From contig JAKFBS010000004.1 of the NCBI GenBank assembly GCA_036677065.1, positions 64,001-128,000 on the forward strand: DNA of 64,000 nucleotides, written 5' to 3'. The stretch comes from Bdellovibrio sp. (GTDB lineage: Bacteria; Bdellovibrionota; Bdellovibrionia; Bdellovibrionales; Bdellovibrionaceae). The notes under the pieces were generated by a model. That model was not told the DNA's origin, did no database searches, and saw only the letters and a list, made by a program, of their open reading frames with translations. Shown here piece by piece: positions 50,206-58,879 of this stretch; the first letter of the stretch is position 1, and every line of letters starts with the position of its first letter. The translations under genes were made by a program, and so were the position numbers.

Positions 50206-50923
50206 CTTAAGCCTGAAGTTGACCGTCGTCAGAGTGCGTCGACGCGATCTAAGTTATCACGAATAATGGTTGTCTATTTGATAAGTGTTTTTGTCCTATT
50301 TATCGCAAAATTTGTCGAGGCTATTTGATCTTCAGGAGCATTACGCTGAATCCGAAGTTTCATGGCTTCTTCAAAGCAAAGTAGTGCCTCTGAAAATCTA
50401 CTCTGGTCGAATAAGTTTTTTCCTGCATGTTGAAGTGCAAAGTCTAAATATAAATTAGCCTCAGAGTTTATTCTGCAAGCAGAAATAATTTTGTTAAAAA
50501 GAAAATCGCTTTCATTATATCTTTTTTGCCATTGTAACACATGGGCTAATCGAATGTTTTGTTGAACTTCCAATTTAATACCTAAATGATTATTTTTTGT
50601 AAGCTCTAAGGCTTCTAAAAGATAATTTTGTGCACTCACTAGGTCATTAAGACTTCTTAGGTAAGTGCCAAGTTCACCTAGTGTGCGAACTCGTTCAATG
50701 GGTGTTATTGAGCTTTTTAATTTTTGTCTTAATTCGTTAGTGTATTCTTTAAGACCATTTGGATCACATGGTATATCCCATAAATTCTCGTCAAATTTTA
50801 TCTCAAGTCTTTTATCCATCTAGTACGAGTATGTAACAGAAATAAGTTTTGGTCATCTGACTAATCTTATCCGTTAGAGTACCCATCCGACGCACTCTGA
50901 CGACGGTCAACTTCCGGCTTAAG
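50206..50923. mobile_element. Putative non-autonomous cassette bounded by 36-bp inverted repeats, carrying one gene
   Basis: Left CTTAAGCCTGAAGTTGACCGTCGTCAGAGTGCGTCG (50206-50241) and right reverse complement CTTAAGCCGGAAGTTGACCGTCGTCAGAGTGCGTCG (50888-50923) are 35/36 identical; no transposase inside. Confidence 0.65.
50274..50819 (-). CDS. TPR-like helical-repeat protein (cargo)
   Basis: LGELGTYLRSLNDLVSAQNYLLEAL, IRLAHVLQWQKRY, ALQHAGKNLFDQSRFSEALLCFEEAM; visibly AT-richer than its neighbours. Confidence 0.75.
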   Translation of the reverse strand: MDKRLEIKFDENLWDIPCDPNGLKEYTNELRQKLKSSITPIERVRTLGELGTYLRSLNDLVSAQNYLLEALELTKNNHLGIKLEVQQNIRLAHVLQWQKRYNESDFLFNKIISACRINSEANLYLDFALQHAGKNLFDQSRFSEALLCFEEAMKLRIQRNAPEDQIASTNFAINRTKTLIK

Positions 50924-50933
50924 GCACTCACGC

Positions 50934-50966
50934 AAAAAAAAGCCCCGGTATTTCTACCGAGGCTTT
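50934..50966 (-). terminator. Intrinsic terminator of the di-haem gene, near-copy of the fusA terminator
   Basis: Minus-strand RNA GCCUCGGUA-GAAA-UACCGGGGC-U8. Confidence 0.88.
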
Positions 50967-50988
50967 GTATTCTAACTTTAATTTCAGA

Positions 50989-53832
50989 TTAGAAATGTTT
51001 TAAGTACTCAATCAGAGCATCTTGTTCAGCAGGTGTGAAGCCCACTTTATTACGAGAGTATTTTGTACCGAAGTAGTGACCACGGTTAACTGTCGTATCA
51101 GCACATTTGCTGGCTTCAACTAAGTCTTTTGCTGCTAATTCCATGAAACGGTCACGCGCCATTTCGCCTTTTAAGCCTTTGAATTTAATTTCAAAGCTTG
51201 CACGAGTTAAAGATACAACTGCGTCGATTAATTGGTATTGCGCTTCTAGTACTGTTTTAGGTGCGAAGATCACATCCATTTTAAGGCCAGCGTAAGTTAA
51301 GTCTAAGTTTGAAAGTAAGTTGATCGGAACACCTGCGGGAAGAGGTCCGATTTTAAGAGACTTACCGATGTTGCCTTCGTTGACGATGGCATTATCAATC
51401 GGAGCATCGTACTGAGCGACTTTACGTTTATCTTTGTCTTTTTTGAAAACTTCGTTCGCAGCAATTACTGGTTTTTCTAAAGCTTCTTTAGAATAATTAA
51501 CAACAAATTCGCCATCAACTTCTTCAAATGATCCGCCGTTAGCTAAGATTGTTTTGAAAACCGCTGATTTAAGTAAGAACGGCACAAACTTAATCGGGAT
51601 TTTGATGTAACTGTCTGCTGTAAGTGTATCGACTAAACCCGGGATTTTATCGCCGTAGATTGAAGTGTACTGAACTTTAACTTCACCTGCGCGTTGAGGT
51701 TCGCCGCGTAAATCAGGATTTAATAATTTTCTGATAGAATCATCAAACGATGCCATACGGCCTTCGACAGTTCCGCGATCATCAAATTTACCTAACGAGT
51801 TGTTTTGAAAGAAAGGGGCTGTTGACCATAAGCTGATAAGTGATGGTGGGCGTAAGTAACCGCGGCCACCAGCTGGTACGGCTTTATCTTCAGACGTTAA
51901 CATCACGCCCATGTTATTACCTGATCTCATCGTTGACGGGTAATTAATACGGAACGTGCCTACAGAAGGTAAAGCTTTGTAAGAGCTAGAGGCGAAGTTA
52001 TCCCAGATATTATCTTTGATCGCATTCGTTGCAATCGAGCTGCAAAGATTTGTATCAATCGCTGTCATCGGAATACGGATATCAGTTGATAAAAAGTTAT
52101 TATCTAAGAAATCTTTTTGGTTAACGATACCTTCGATTTGTGTGTGGTATTCAGCAGATTTTGTATACTCAACATAATTTGACCAGCACTTCATGTAGCC
52201 TGCGCCAACACACTCAGGGCGGTTAAAGATGCCGTAAACTTTTTCTGGAAGTTTGCTCGAGTGACAAGAAGCGCAGTTATTGGCAAATAATTTTTTACCA
52301 AGTTTGACTTGTTCGCTTTCGATATCTTTTAAATATTTAGTTCCTTCTGGAGCTTGTGCTAAACCATCTTTACGTGAGGCGACCATTAAGAACATCGCTA
52401 GATCTGTAGTTTGGATGACGTTGGCTTGCCAGTAACCTGAATTTACCGCAGCTTTTTTAATTTGAAACGGTGTAATGTGTGCTCCGCCAATCACCGGTAC
52501 AAAGTTTTCTAACCAGTGTTCAGAGAATAAACCGATGTTAACATACACGCGGTTTAAAGCTCCTAATACACCTACAGAATCTGCGCCATCTTTTAATACG
52601 CGAGGAGAAAGGGCAGAAGTGTTACCATTTTTCGTGAAACCTAATAACGGAGAATTTTTTGGCATTCCCGGCATCATCGAAAATTGGGTATTTAATAATT
52701 CGCCATCTTTTAAGTTTTCCCAGTTACCAAATTTTGCCGCCGCGTGCATACGTGCACCCAGTTCATAAACGGCATTCATCGTACGTGGGTTGTTAATTTG
52801 ATCTGAAGAAACTAATGAAGTATCTAAAGCTCCAGGGCGAGCCGTGTGAGCTAATTGGTAAATAAAATTGTCTACGCTTTTTTTGTAGTTAAAGTTAAAT
52901 ACGCGGTCAAACCAGAAGTATTGTGCACCTACATTAGAATTTAAGTTAGCCCATTTTGGATTGTTAAAATCTGCCGGAGGATTAACTGGATTTGGTCCAA
53001 CGTGACAAAATGCACAGCTCATACCTACGCGGTAAGGTTTAACTAATGTCGGATCGTTGTAATAAGCAGGGTCATTGTAATAACGGATTGGATCCCAGCG
53101 ATTTGCGGCTGCTTGATCAAACTTTGGATTGGTAAATAAACGAAGACCGATAATTCCAGTAGGAACCCCGTAGAAAGAGCCTACTTCTAAAAGTTTTTGT
53201 TGGCCTTTGTAGGTTAATGTTTTTCCGCGCGCGCCGATTTTGGCACCAGGATATTTTTTTGCATCTGAAAAAGGTTCTGGAGGGCATTCTGCAGAAGCAA
53301 CGCGTTTATCAAGTCTTAAACCCCAACGCTCAGGAAGTGGTTCTTTGTTGTTCACATAACAAGGTTCATTCACTAAACCGATTTGTTGCCAACGGTTTGC
53401 ACGTGAATACGGTTGGTTTGGATCATTTGAAATTAATTTTACGAAATCTAAATTTCCAAAAGTATGATCACTTAAAAAATCCCAAAATTTATCATTACCG
53501 CCACTCCAGGCAATCCAGTTGTTGCGGCCTTTGACGAAAGCTTTCACGGCATCGGCTTTTGTAATTCCTGGAACATAAGGTGAAAGAGCTTTATGGATTT
53601 GATCCTGGTTTTCTGGACGACTTAAAGCGTAGTCCATATCCATGTAGTAATCATCCGCCGAACCTTGTTTCATTTTGGCGATCATATCTTTGCTGTTTTC
53701 AGCCAGCATAGCTTCATCTTTTTTGTCGAGATATTTGCCGACAAACGGAAGTTTTTGGCCAAATTTAATAATTTGGGCATTTGCTGAAAAGGCGATTAAA
53801 GTGAGCGATAATATGAGAGCGATTTTTGGCAT
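50989..53832 (-). CDS. Large secreted di-haem c-type cytochrome (RoxA/MauG-superfamily-like)
   Basis: Signal peptide MPKIALI...NA with AAGGA SD; CAFCH (53002-53016) and GKKLF..NCASCH (52261-52275); RPPSLISLWSTAPFFQNNS; C-terminal GHYFG...LIEYLK. Confidence 0.75.
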   Translation of the reverse strand: MPKIALILSLTLIAFSANAQIIKFGQKLPFVGKYLDKKDEAMLAENSKDMIAKMKQGSADDYYMDMDYALSRPENQDQIHKALSPYVPGITKADAVKAFVKGRNNWIAWSGGNDKFWDFLSDHTFGNLDFVKLISNDPNQPYSRANRWQQIGLVNEPCYVNNKEPLPERWGLRLDKRVASAECPPEPFSDAKKYPGAKIGARGKTLTYKGQQKLLEVGSFYGVPTGIIGLRLFTNPKFDQAAANRWDPIRYYNDPAYYNDPTLVKPYRVGMSCAFCHVGPNPVNPPADFNNPKWANLNSNVGAQYFWFDRVFNFNYKKSVDNFIYQLAHTARPGALDTSLVSSDQINNPRTMNAVYELGARMHAAAKFGNWENLKDGELLNTQFSMMPGMPKNSPLLGFTKNGNTSALSPRVLKDGADSVGVLGALNRVYVNIGLFSEHWLENFVPVIGGAHITPFQIKKAAVNSGYWQANVIQTTDLAMFLMVASRKDGLAQAPEGTKYLKDIESEQVKLGKKLFANNCASCHSSKLPEKVYGIFNRPECVGAGYMKCWSNYVEYTKSAEYHTQIEGIVNQKDFLDNNFLSTDIRIPMTAIDTNLCSSIATNAIKDNIWDNFASSSYKALPSVGTFRINYPSTMRSGNNMGVMLTSEDKAVPAGGRGYLRPPSLISLWSTAPFFQNNSLGKFDDRGTVEGRMASFDDSIRKLLNPDLRGEPQRAGEVKVQYTSIYGDKIPGLVDTLTADSYIKIPIKFVPFLLKSAVFKTILANGGSFEEVDGEFVVNYSKEALEKPVIAANEVFKKDKDKRKVAQYDAPIDNAIVNEGNIGKSLKIGPLPAGVPINLLSNLDLTYAGLKMDVIFAPKTVLEAQYQLIDAVVSLTRASFEIKFKGLKGEMARDRFMELAAKDLVEASKCADTTVNRGHYFGTKYSRNKVGFTPAEQDALIEYLKHF

Positions 53833-53930
53833 AGAAAAACATCCTTGTCTTATATATGTATGACCTCTAAATCTTAACATATATTCGGCAAAAACAGTTA
53901 CCTGGCTAGGTAAGCATTCTGGATGTTGGT

Positions 53931-54215
53931 CTAGCTGATGGTCTCATTTGTTGTGTTATTTTTTTGGAGCAACGCTACACGATAACTTTGCAGGCTGTAG
54001 TGGCCGTAAGTTTTAATGCGGTAAAGGTCTAAGACCTCTTGTTGGACTTCTTCGATCACTTCGACGTCAAGGCCCAGTGGGGCATACATTTTCAGATGCT
54101 GAAATTCTTCGACGAAAAGTTGCGTCACTCGCTCAACGAATTGGTCGGCAGTCTCAGAAATGTTGTGAGTAGACTTAATCTCTTCTTCAATAATTTGCAG
54201 AATCATTTTTTTCAT
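53931..54215 (-). CDS. Hypothetical protein
   Basis: 94-aa ORF filling the gap, with a sigma28-like promoter (TTAG-N15-TCCGAAAA) 9 nt upstream. Confidence 0.65.
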   Translation of the reverse strand: MKKMILQIIEEEIKSTHNISETADQFVERVTQLFVEEFQHLKMYAPLGLDVEVIEEVQQEVLDLYRIKTYGHYSLQSYRVALLQKNNTTNETIS

Positions 54216-54254
54216 ATATAGATTTTTTCGGATAGTTAAGCTAAAACCTAAACT

Positions 54255-55565
54255 GTGAAATCGCCTAGTTTTTCAGAATTTCAGACAATTATCCAATATC
54301 TGCATGACGAGCTGATCGGAAGTCAGTTGCAAGAGGTGATCTCGACGGAAGACGGCCTGGTGCTTGGCTTTTACCGCTTCGTTCATGAGCCTAAAGCCGT
54401 GTGGTTGGTGTTAGATTTAGATACACAGTTTCCTTTCGTCGGGCTTTACCCACAAAACCCGTGGCTTAAAATTAAAAAAACTAAGCCTGTGGCCCTGTTT
54501 TTAAATTCACATTTTAAAAATGCGCATTTAAAAGATGTAAAAGTCTTAGAAAACTTTGGTCGCGTCGCGGAGTTTGACTTCAGTCATCCCGACAAAAAGT
54601 TAGTCTTGCAGGTGCGCCTGATTCCGAGACAGCCGAATGTGATTGTCACAGCCGAAGGTAAAAGCGTTTCCTGGGATAAACCGCGCGATTTAGTCGTCGC
54701 CACAAGAGATGAAAACTTTGAGTCTGAAAATCGTTCGATCCCTTTTTTATTTAAACAATGGTTTGAGCGTCGCGCGAAAACTAAAGTGAATGAATCAGCT
54801 GCTGGTGGCGGACAATCTCCCTATGAAAAATGGATGCAACAGCGAAAAAAAGATCTGCAGAAAAAACAAAAAGCGTTGCTGCAAATTGACGAACAAAAAA
54901 ACGAATTGCGAAAAGTCCCCTGGGCCGAAATCGGTAACTTTTTAAAAACCAATGGTTTTAAAGATCTTCCGCACGAGTGGTCGCAGTATGTCGATTTTAA
55001 ACAAAAACCTTCAGTCAGTATTGAAAAAGCTTTTGAAAAATCCAAACAAGTGGCGCACAAACTTTTAGGCGCCGATGAGCGCAAAAAACAAATCGCCTTA
55101 GAAATTGATTTGGCTGCCGATGTATCTGAAAAGCGATTTCAGCAACATTTGAACGAATTGGCTGTTAAACAAGCAAAACAAGGACTGCGTAAAGCCACCG
55201 AAGGTCATTTTCGCAAACTAAACATCGACGGTGAAAACCCAGTAAGTGTTTTGATGGGTAAAAACGCCGGTGAAAACTTAAAACTACTGCGCCAAGCCAA
55301 AGCTTGGGATCTTTGGATACATCTTAAAGATTATCCCAGTGCCTATGCCATTATACAAAAACCTAAGGATAAAAATGTCTCGGATCAAGTTTTGATCCAG
55401 GCAAGCCAGTGGTTAGTCAAAGAATCCATTAAAAACAAAAAACACATGGATGGCGCAAAGCTTTCTGTGGTGATTGTTGAATGTCGTCACGTGAAACCGA
55501 TCAAAGGGGATAAGATTGGGCGTGTGACTTATCATCACCCTCGGGAAATGTTGATTACCGTATAA
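54255..55565 (+). CDS. NFACT-domain (RqcH/FbpA-like) RNA-binding protein
   Basis: C-terminal NFACT-R motif GKNAGENLKL...DLWIHLKDYPSAYAII...VKPIKG..GRVTY; coiled-coil middle region. Confidence 0.75.
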   Translation: MKSPSFSEFQTIIQYLHDELIGSQLQEVISTEDGLVLGFYRFVHEPKAVWLVLDLDTQFPFVGLYPQNPWLKIKKTKPVALFLNSHFKNAHLKDVKVLENFGRVAEFDFSHPDKKLVLQVRLIPRQPNVIVTAEGKSVSWDKPRDLVVATRDENFESENRSIPFLFKQWFERRAKTKVNESAAGGGQSPYEKWMQQRKKDLQKKQKALLQIDEQKNELRKVPWAEIGNFLKTNGFKDLPHEWSQYVDFKQKPSVSIEKAFEKSKQVAHKLLGADERKKQIALEIDLAADVSEKRFQQHLNELAVKQAKQGLRKATEGHFRKLNIDGENPVSVLMGKNAGENLKLLRQAKAWDLWIHLKDYPSAYAIIQKPKDKNVSDQVLIQASQWLVKESIKNKKHMDGAKLSVVIVECRHVKPIKGDKIGRVTYHHPREMLITV

Positions 55566-55587
55566 AATTTTGCTCTAATTTACAGTT

Positions 55588-56514
55588 ATGATAGAAGTGT
55601 ATAATCTCTGTAAGAATTACGGCGAACGTAAAGCCATTCAAGATATCAATTTTAAAATTTCACCCGGTGACGTGGTTGGATTACTTGGACCAAATGGAGC
55701 CGGTAAATCAACGACCATGAAAATCATCACAGGTTTTATGGCGCCAACATCTGGGGTCGCAAAAATTTGTGGAATCGATGTCTTTGAAAACCCTATCGAA
55801 GTGAAAAAGAGAATTGGTTATTTGCCAGAAGCTCCGCCAGTTTATTTAGATATGACGGTGCAAGATTATTTAAATTTTGTAGCTGATCTGAAATTAGTAG
55901 AGAGTTCTAAGAAAAAAGGTTTAATTGAAAAAGCCCTGCAAAAAACTCAGTTATTAGATGTAAGGTCTCGATTAATTAAAAACTTATCAAAAGGGTTTCG
56001 TCAACGTGTGGGAATCGCTCAGGCGTTAGTGTCTGATCCAGATGTATTAGTGTTAGATGAGCCAACAGTGGGCTTAGATCCAAAACAAGTGGCCGAAGTT
56101 CGTGATCTGATCAAAGAATTAAAAGGCCAGCACACGATTATTTTATCAACTCATATATTACCTGAAGTGCAAGCCACGTGTAACCGTGTGATTATTATTC
56201 ATAACGGTCAAATCGTCGGCGATGACATGACCGAAAACATTGAAAAATTAAATCAGGGTTTAATCACTGTGAATGTGAAAACCAAAAAAGATCTGGTATT
56301 AACCCAAGAGTTTCAGAAACTAGCCGGAGTTCACCACGTTGAGCAAATGGGTAAGTCGTCTTACCGTATTCAAATCAAAGATGAAGATGTGTTAGATCAG
56401 ATCGCCCAACAGATTATCAAATCCGGTGCTGGTCTTCGTGAATTGACGCCAGCGACGCAAAATCTTGAAGATGTGTTTTTAAAACTGACTTATGGTCAAA
56501 AGGAGCAGATATGA
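55588..56514 (+). CDS. ABC transporter ATP-binding protein (GldA-like)
   Basis: GPNGAGKST, LSKGFRQRVG, LDEPT, STH. Confidence 0.92.
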   Translation: MIEVYNLCKNYGERKAIQDINFKISPGDVVGLLGPNGAGKSTTMKIITGFMAPTSGVAKICGIDVFENPIEVKKRIGYLPEAPPVYLDMTVQDYLNFVADLKLVESSKKKGLIEKALQKTQLLDVRSRLIKNLSKGFRQRVGIAQALVSDPDVLVLDEPTVGLDPKQVAEVRDLIKELKGQHTIILSTHILPEVQATCNRVIIIHNGQIVGDDMTENIEKLNQGLITVNVKTKKDLVLTQEFQKLAGVHHVEQMGKSSYRIQIKDEDVLDQIAQQIIKSGAGLRELTPATQNLEDVFLKLTYGQKEQI

Positions 56515-57290
56515 AACAAATATTTACTCTGTTTAAAAAAGAATTTAAAGCCTTGTTTTTTTCGCCGTTGTTTTACGTGATCGCATTTTTGGCGACAGTG
56601 TTGCTGGGAATCACATTTTCGATTTCGATTTTAAATTTCGCGAATCAGATTTCAAATGCCATGATGGCAATGGGTTTAGGCAGTTCGCAGCAACAAAACA
56701 TTCACTACGTGGTGTTTTTGCCGCACTTGTCATTATTAAACTTAATTTTAATGTTTATGGTGCCGGCCTTAGCGATGCGTTTAATTTCAGAAGAAAAGAA
56801 AAACCGCACTTTTGATTTGCTATTAACGTCGCCGATTTCTTCGGTGCAAATTGTGGTCGGAAAATACTTATCCTTATTGGCGGTGGTCTTAGGGTTATCA
56901 GCGATTGCATTTATATATATATTAGTGGCTCGTAAGATGTTTGATTTTTCTTGGGCTCCGGCAATTCTGGCTTTAACGGGAATTTTTCTGGTCGGTGCCG
57001 TTTACAGTGCCTTAAGCATGTTTGCTTCAAGTTTAACTGAAAACACGATGATCGCCTTTTTTGTCGGGATCGTATTTAATATTTCAGTTTGGATATTAGG
57101 TGGTTTTGCTGAATTAGTCGAAAGCACGGCGATGAAAGCAGTCTTTGATCAAATTTCATTAAACCAGCATTTACAAAGTTTAGTTGAAGGTGTGCTTCGC
57201 TTAAATGGTGTCGTGTTTTTTGTCAGTGTTATTTTTCTATTTTGTTTTTTGACCGAACGGGTAGTCGAATCTGCCCGCTGGAGATCTTAA
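56511..57290 (+). CDS. ABC-2 permease (GldF-like)
   Basis: Six TM helices; MRLISEEKKNRTFDLLLTSP...VGKY. Confidence 0.85.
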   Translation: MKQIFTLFKKEFKALFFSPLFYVIAFLATVLLGITFSISILNFANQISNAMMAMGLGSSQQQNIHYVVFLPHLSLLNLILMFMVPALAMRLISEEKKNRTFDLLLTSPISSVQIVVGKYLSLLAVVLGLSAIAFIYILVARKMFDFSWAPAILALTGIFLVGAVYSALSMFASSLTENTMIAFFVGIVFNISVWILGGFAELVESTAMKAVFDQISLNQHLQSLVEGVLRLNGVVFFVSVIFLFCFLTERVVESARWRS

Positions 57291-57291
57291 T

Positions 57292-58866
57292 ATGAGTAAA
57301 AAGGGACGTCTACTTTTAGGTATAGCTTGTATTTTATTTTTATCATTCGGCGGATTGTATTTTGCCATTCAAACCTGGATGCCGTTTATGTGGTTTATTT
57401 TAGGCCCTGCCGTGTTGTCAGTGGTGGCCTGGGTTTACCAGGACCGTAAATTGTTATATGAACTGATGACCATGAAGACCACAAAACACGGCCTAAACAT
57501 GGGCGCTTTAGTTCTAATCGCGGTTGTTTTTTTAGTGGGCTTGAATATTCTATCAAGTAAGAAGAATAAAAGTTTTGATTTTACCCAAGTGGGCTTACAC
57601 ACTTTATCGCCGTTATCAGTTCAGATTCTGAACAGCCTTGAAGGGGATTTAAGCGTTAAATTCTTTTATAAAGAAGGCGCTGAAAACGTAGAAGCTAATC
57701 GCAAAGCCTTTGCGCAAACGGCAAGAATGTACTCTGAAGCTTCAGACAAAGTAAAAATCGATTATATCGAAATGAACTCGAATCCAAAAACCACGGCCGA
57801 TTTTGGGGCCAATCGCCCAGTGGGCGAAGTTTTTATTGATTATAAAGGTCAAAAAAACCGAATCGAATCACAATTTTTAGGAAGCCAAGGGCAAAAGTTT
57901 AACGAACAAGATTTTACCAATGCGATCATCAAAGTGACCCGCAAAGAAAAAAAGATCATCTATATTGTTGAAGGTGATGAAGAACGTAATATTGAAGATG
58001 AAAAAAATCAGCGTGGTGTTTCTTCGTTTGTACAGTTGTTAGAAAAAAATTCTTACCTGGTTAAAAAGATAAATTTAGTTAAGGCCACGGCGATTCCTGA
58101 AGAAGCTAATGCTTTAGTTATTCTTGGTCCGCAAAGTGCCTTAGAAAAATTTCAAATCGATGCGATCACTAAGTATTTATCAAACGGTGGGTCATTATTT
58201 TTAACGTTAGATGATAAAAATACGGCAGGGCTTTCTGGTTTGTTAAATACGTTCGGTCTTAAATTAGAACAGCAATATATTTTCAATGTGATTAATTCTC
58301 CGATGGGGCAAGTGGTAAATTCAAACGAGCCTACAGTGGCTGTTGATTATTCAGCATCAAACCCGATCACCAAAGTATTTAGCAGCAATCAAAAAGCTAT
58401 TTTTATTGCGCCAAATTCTTTAGCGATGGTGCCGATCAGCCCAGATATTAAAAATGAAATCATCGTGCGCACGCCAGAGGCTTCGGTCGCCTTACTTAAA
58501 ATGGATAGCGCCAATTACGAAGGTCAACCAAGATCTTTTAATCTAATTGCTGAAGTGAATGGTAAACTTGATAAAGCGACAAAACCTTTTAAAGCGGTTG
58601 TCGCGGCTGACACAGATTTTTTATCTAACGGGGCTATTTTTCAGAACGTAAATCGTGATCTGGCACTGAATTCGATGTCGTATTTATTGGGCGACAGCGA
58701 TTTGATTTCAATTGCTCCGAAAGAAGTATCGATCACGCAAATGTTAATGTCGCCCCCTGAATTTAGTCAGTTTTACAAGTTTGTGGTTATGGGAATATTT
58801 TTACCATTACCATTTTTATTTTTGGGTATAAGTATCGTGTTATGGCTTAGACGCCGTCACGCATAA
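57292..58866 (+). CDS. GldG-like ABC-associated protein
   Basis: DFT....TLS..S..IL, EQDFTNAIIKV, GP, DTDFLSN, N.DL.LN, C-terminal TM ending RRR. Confidence 0.82.
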   Translation: MSKKGRLLLGIACILFLSFGGLYFAIQTWMPFMWFILGPAVLSVVAWVYQDRKLLYELMTMKTTKHGLNMGALVLIAVVFLVGLNILSSKKNKSFDFTQVGLHTLSPLSVQILNSLEGDLSVKFFYKEGAENVEANRKAFAQTARMYSEASDKVKIDYIEMNSNPKTTADFGANRPVGEVFIDYKGQKNRIESQFLGSQGQKFNEQDFTNAIIKVTRKEKKIIYIVEGDEERNIEDEKNQRGVSSFVQLLEKNSYLVKKINLVKATAIPEEANALVILGPQSALEKFQIDAITKYLSNGGSLFLTLDDKNTAGLSGLLNTFGLKLEQQYIFNVINSPMGQVVNSNEPTVAVDYSASNPITKVFSSNQKAIFIAPNSLAMVPISPDIKNEIIVRTPEASVALLKMDSANYEGQPRSFNLIAEVNGKLDKATKPFKAVVAADTDFLSNGAIFQNVNRDLALNSMSYLLGDSDLISIAPKEVSITQMLMSPPEFSQFYKFVVMGIFLPLPFLFLGISIVLWLRRRHA

Positions 58867-58879
58867 GGAATAAGTTCAT

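Noticed and set aside
13646..50273. Integron attC sites after the GNAT and TPR genes
   Set aside because: I found no RYYYAAC...GTTRRRY core pair with the expected long imperfect hairpin, no tandem same-strand cassette array and no integrase.
13629..50923. The 36-bp repeat as a CRISPR repeat
   Set aside because: The length fits, but the copies are inverted or 37 kb apart, with no spacer-separated direct array and no cas genes in the window.
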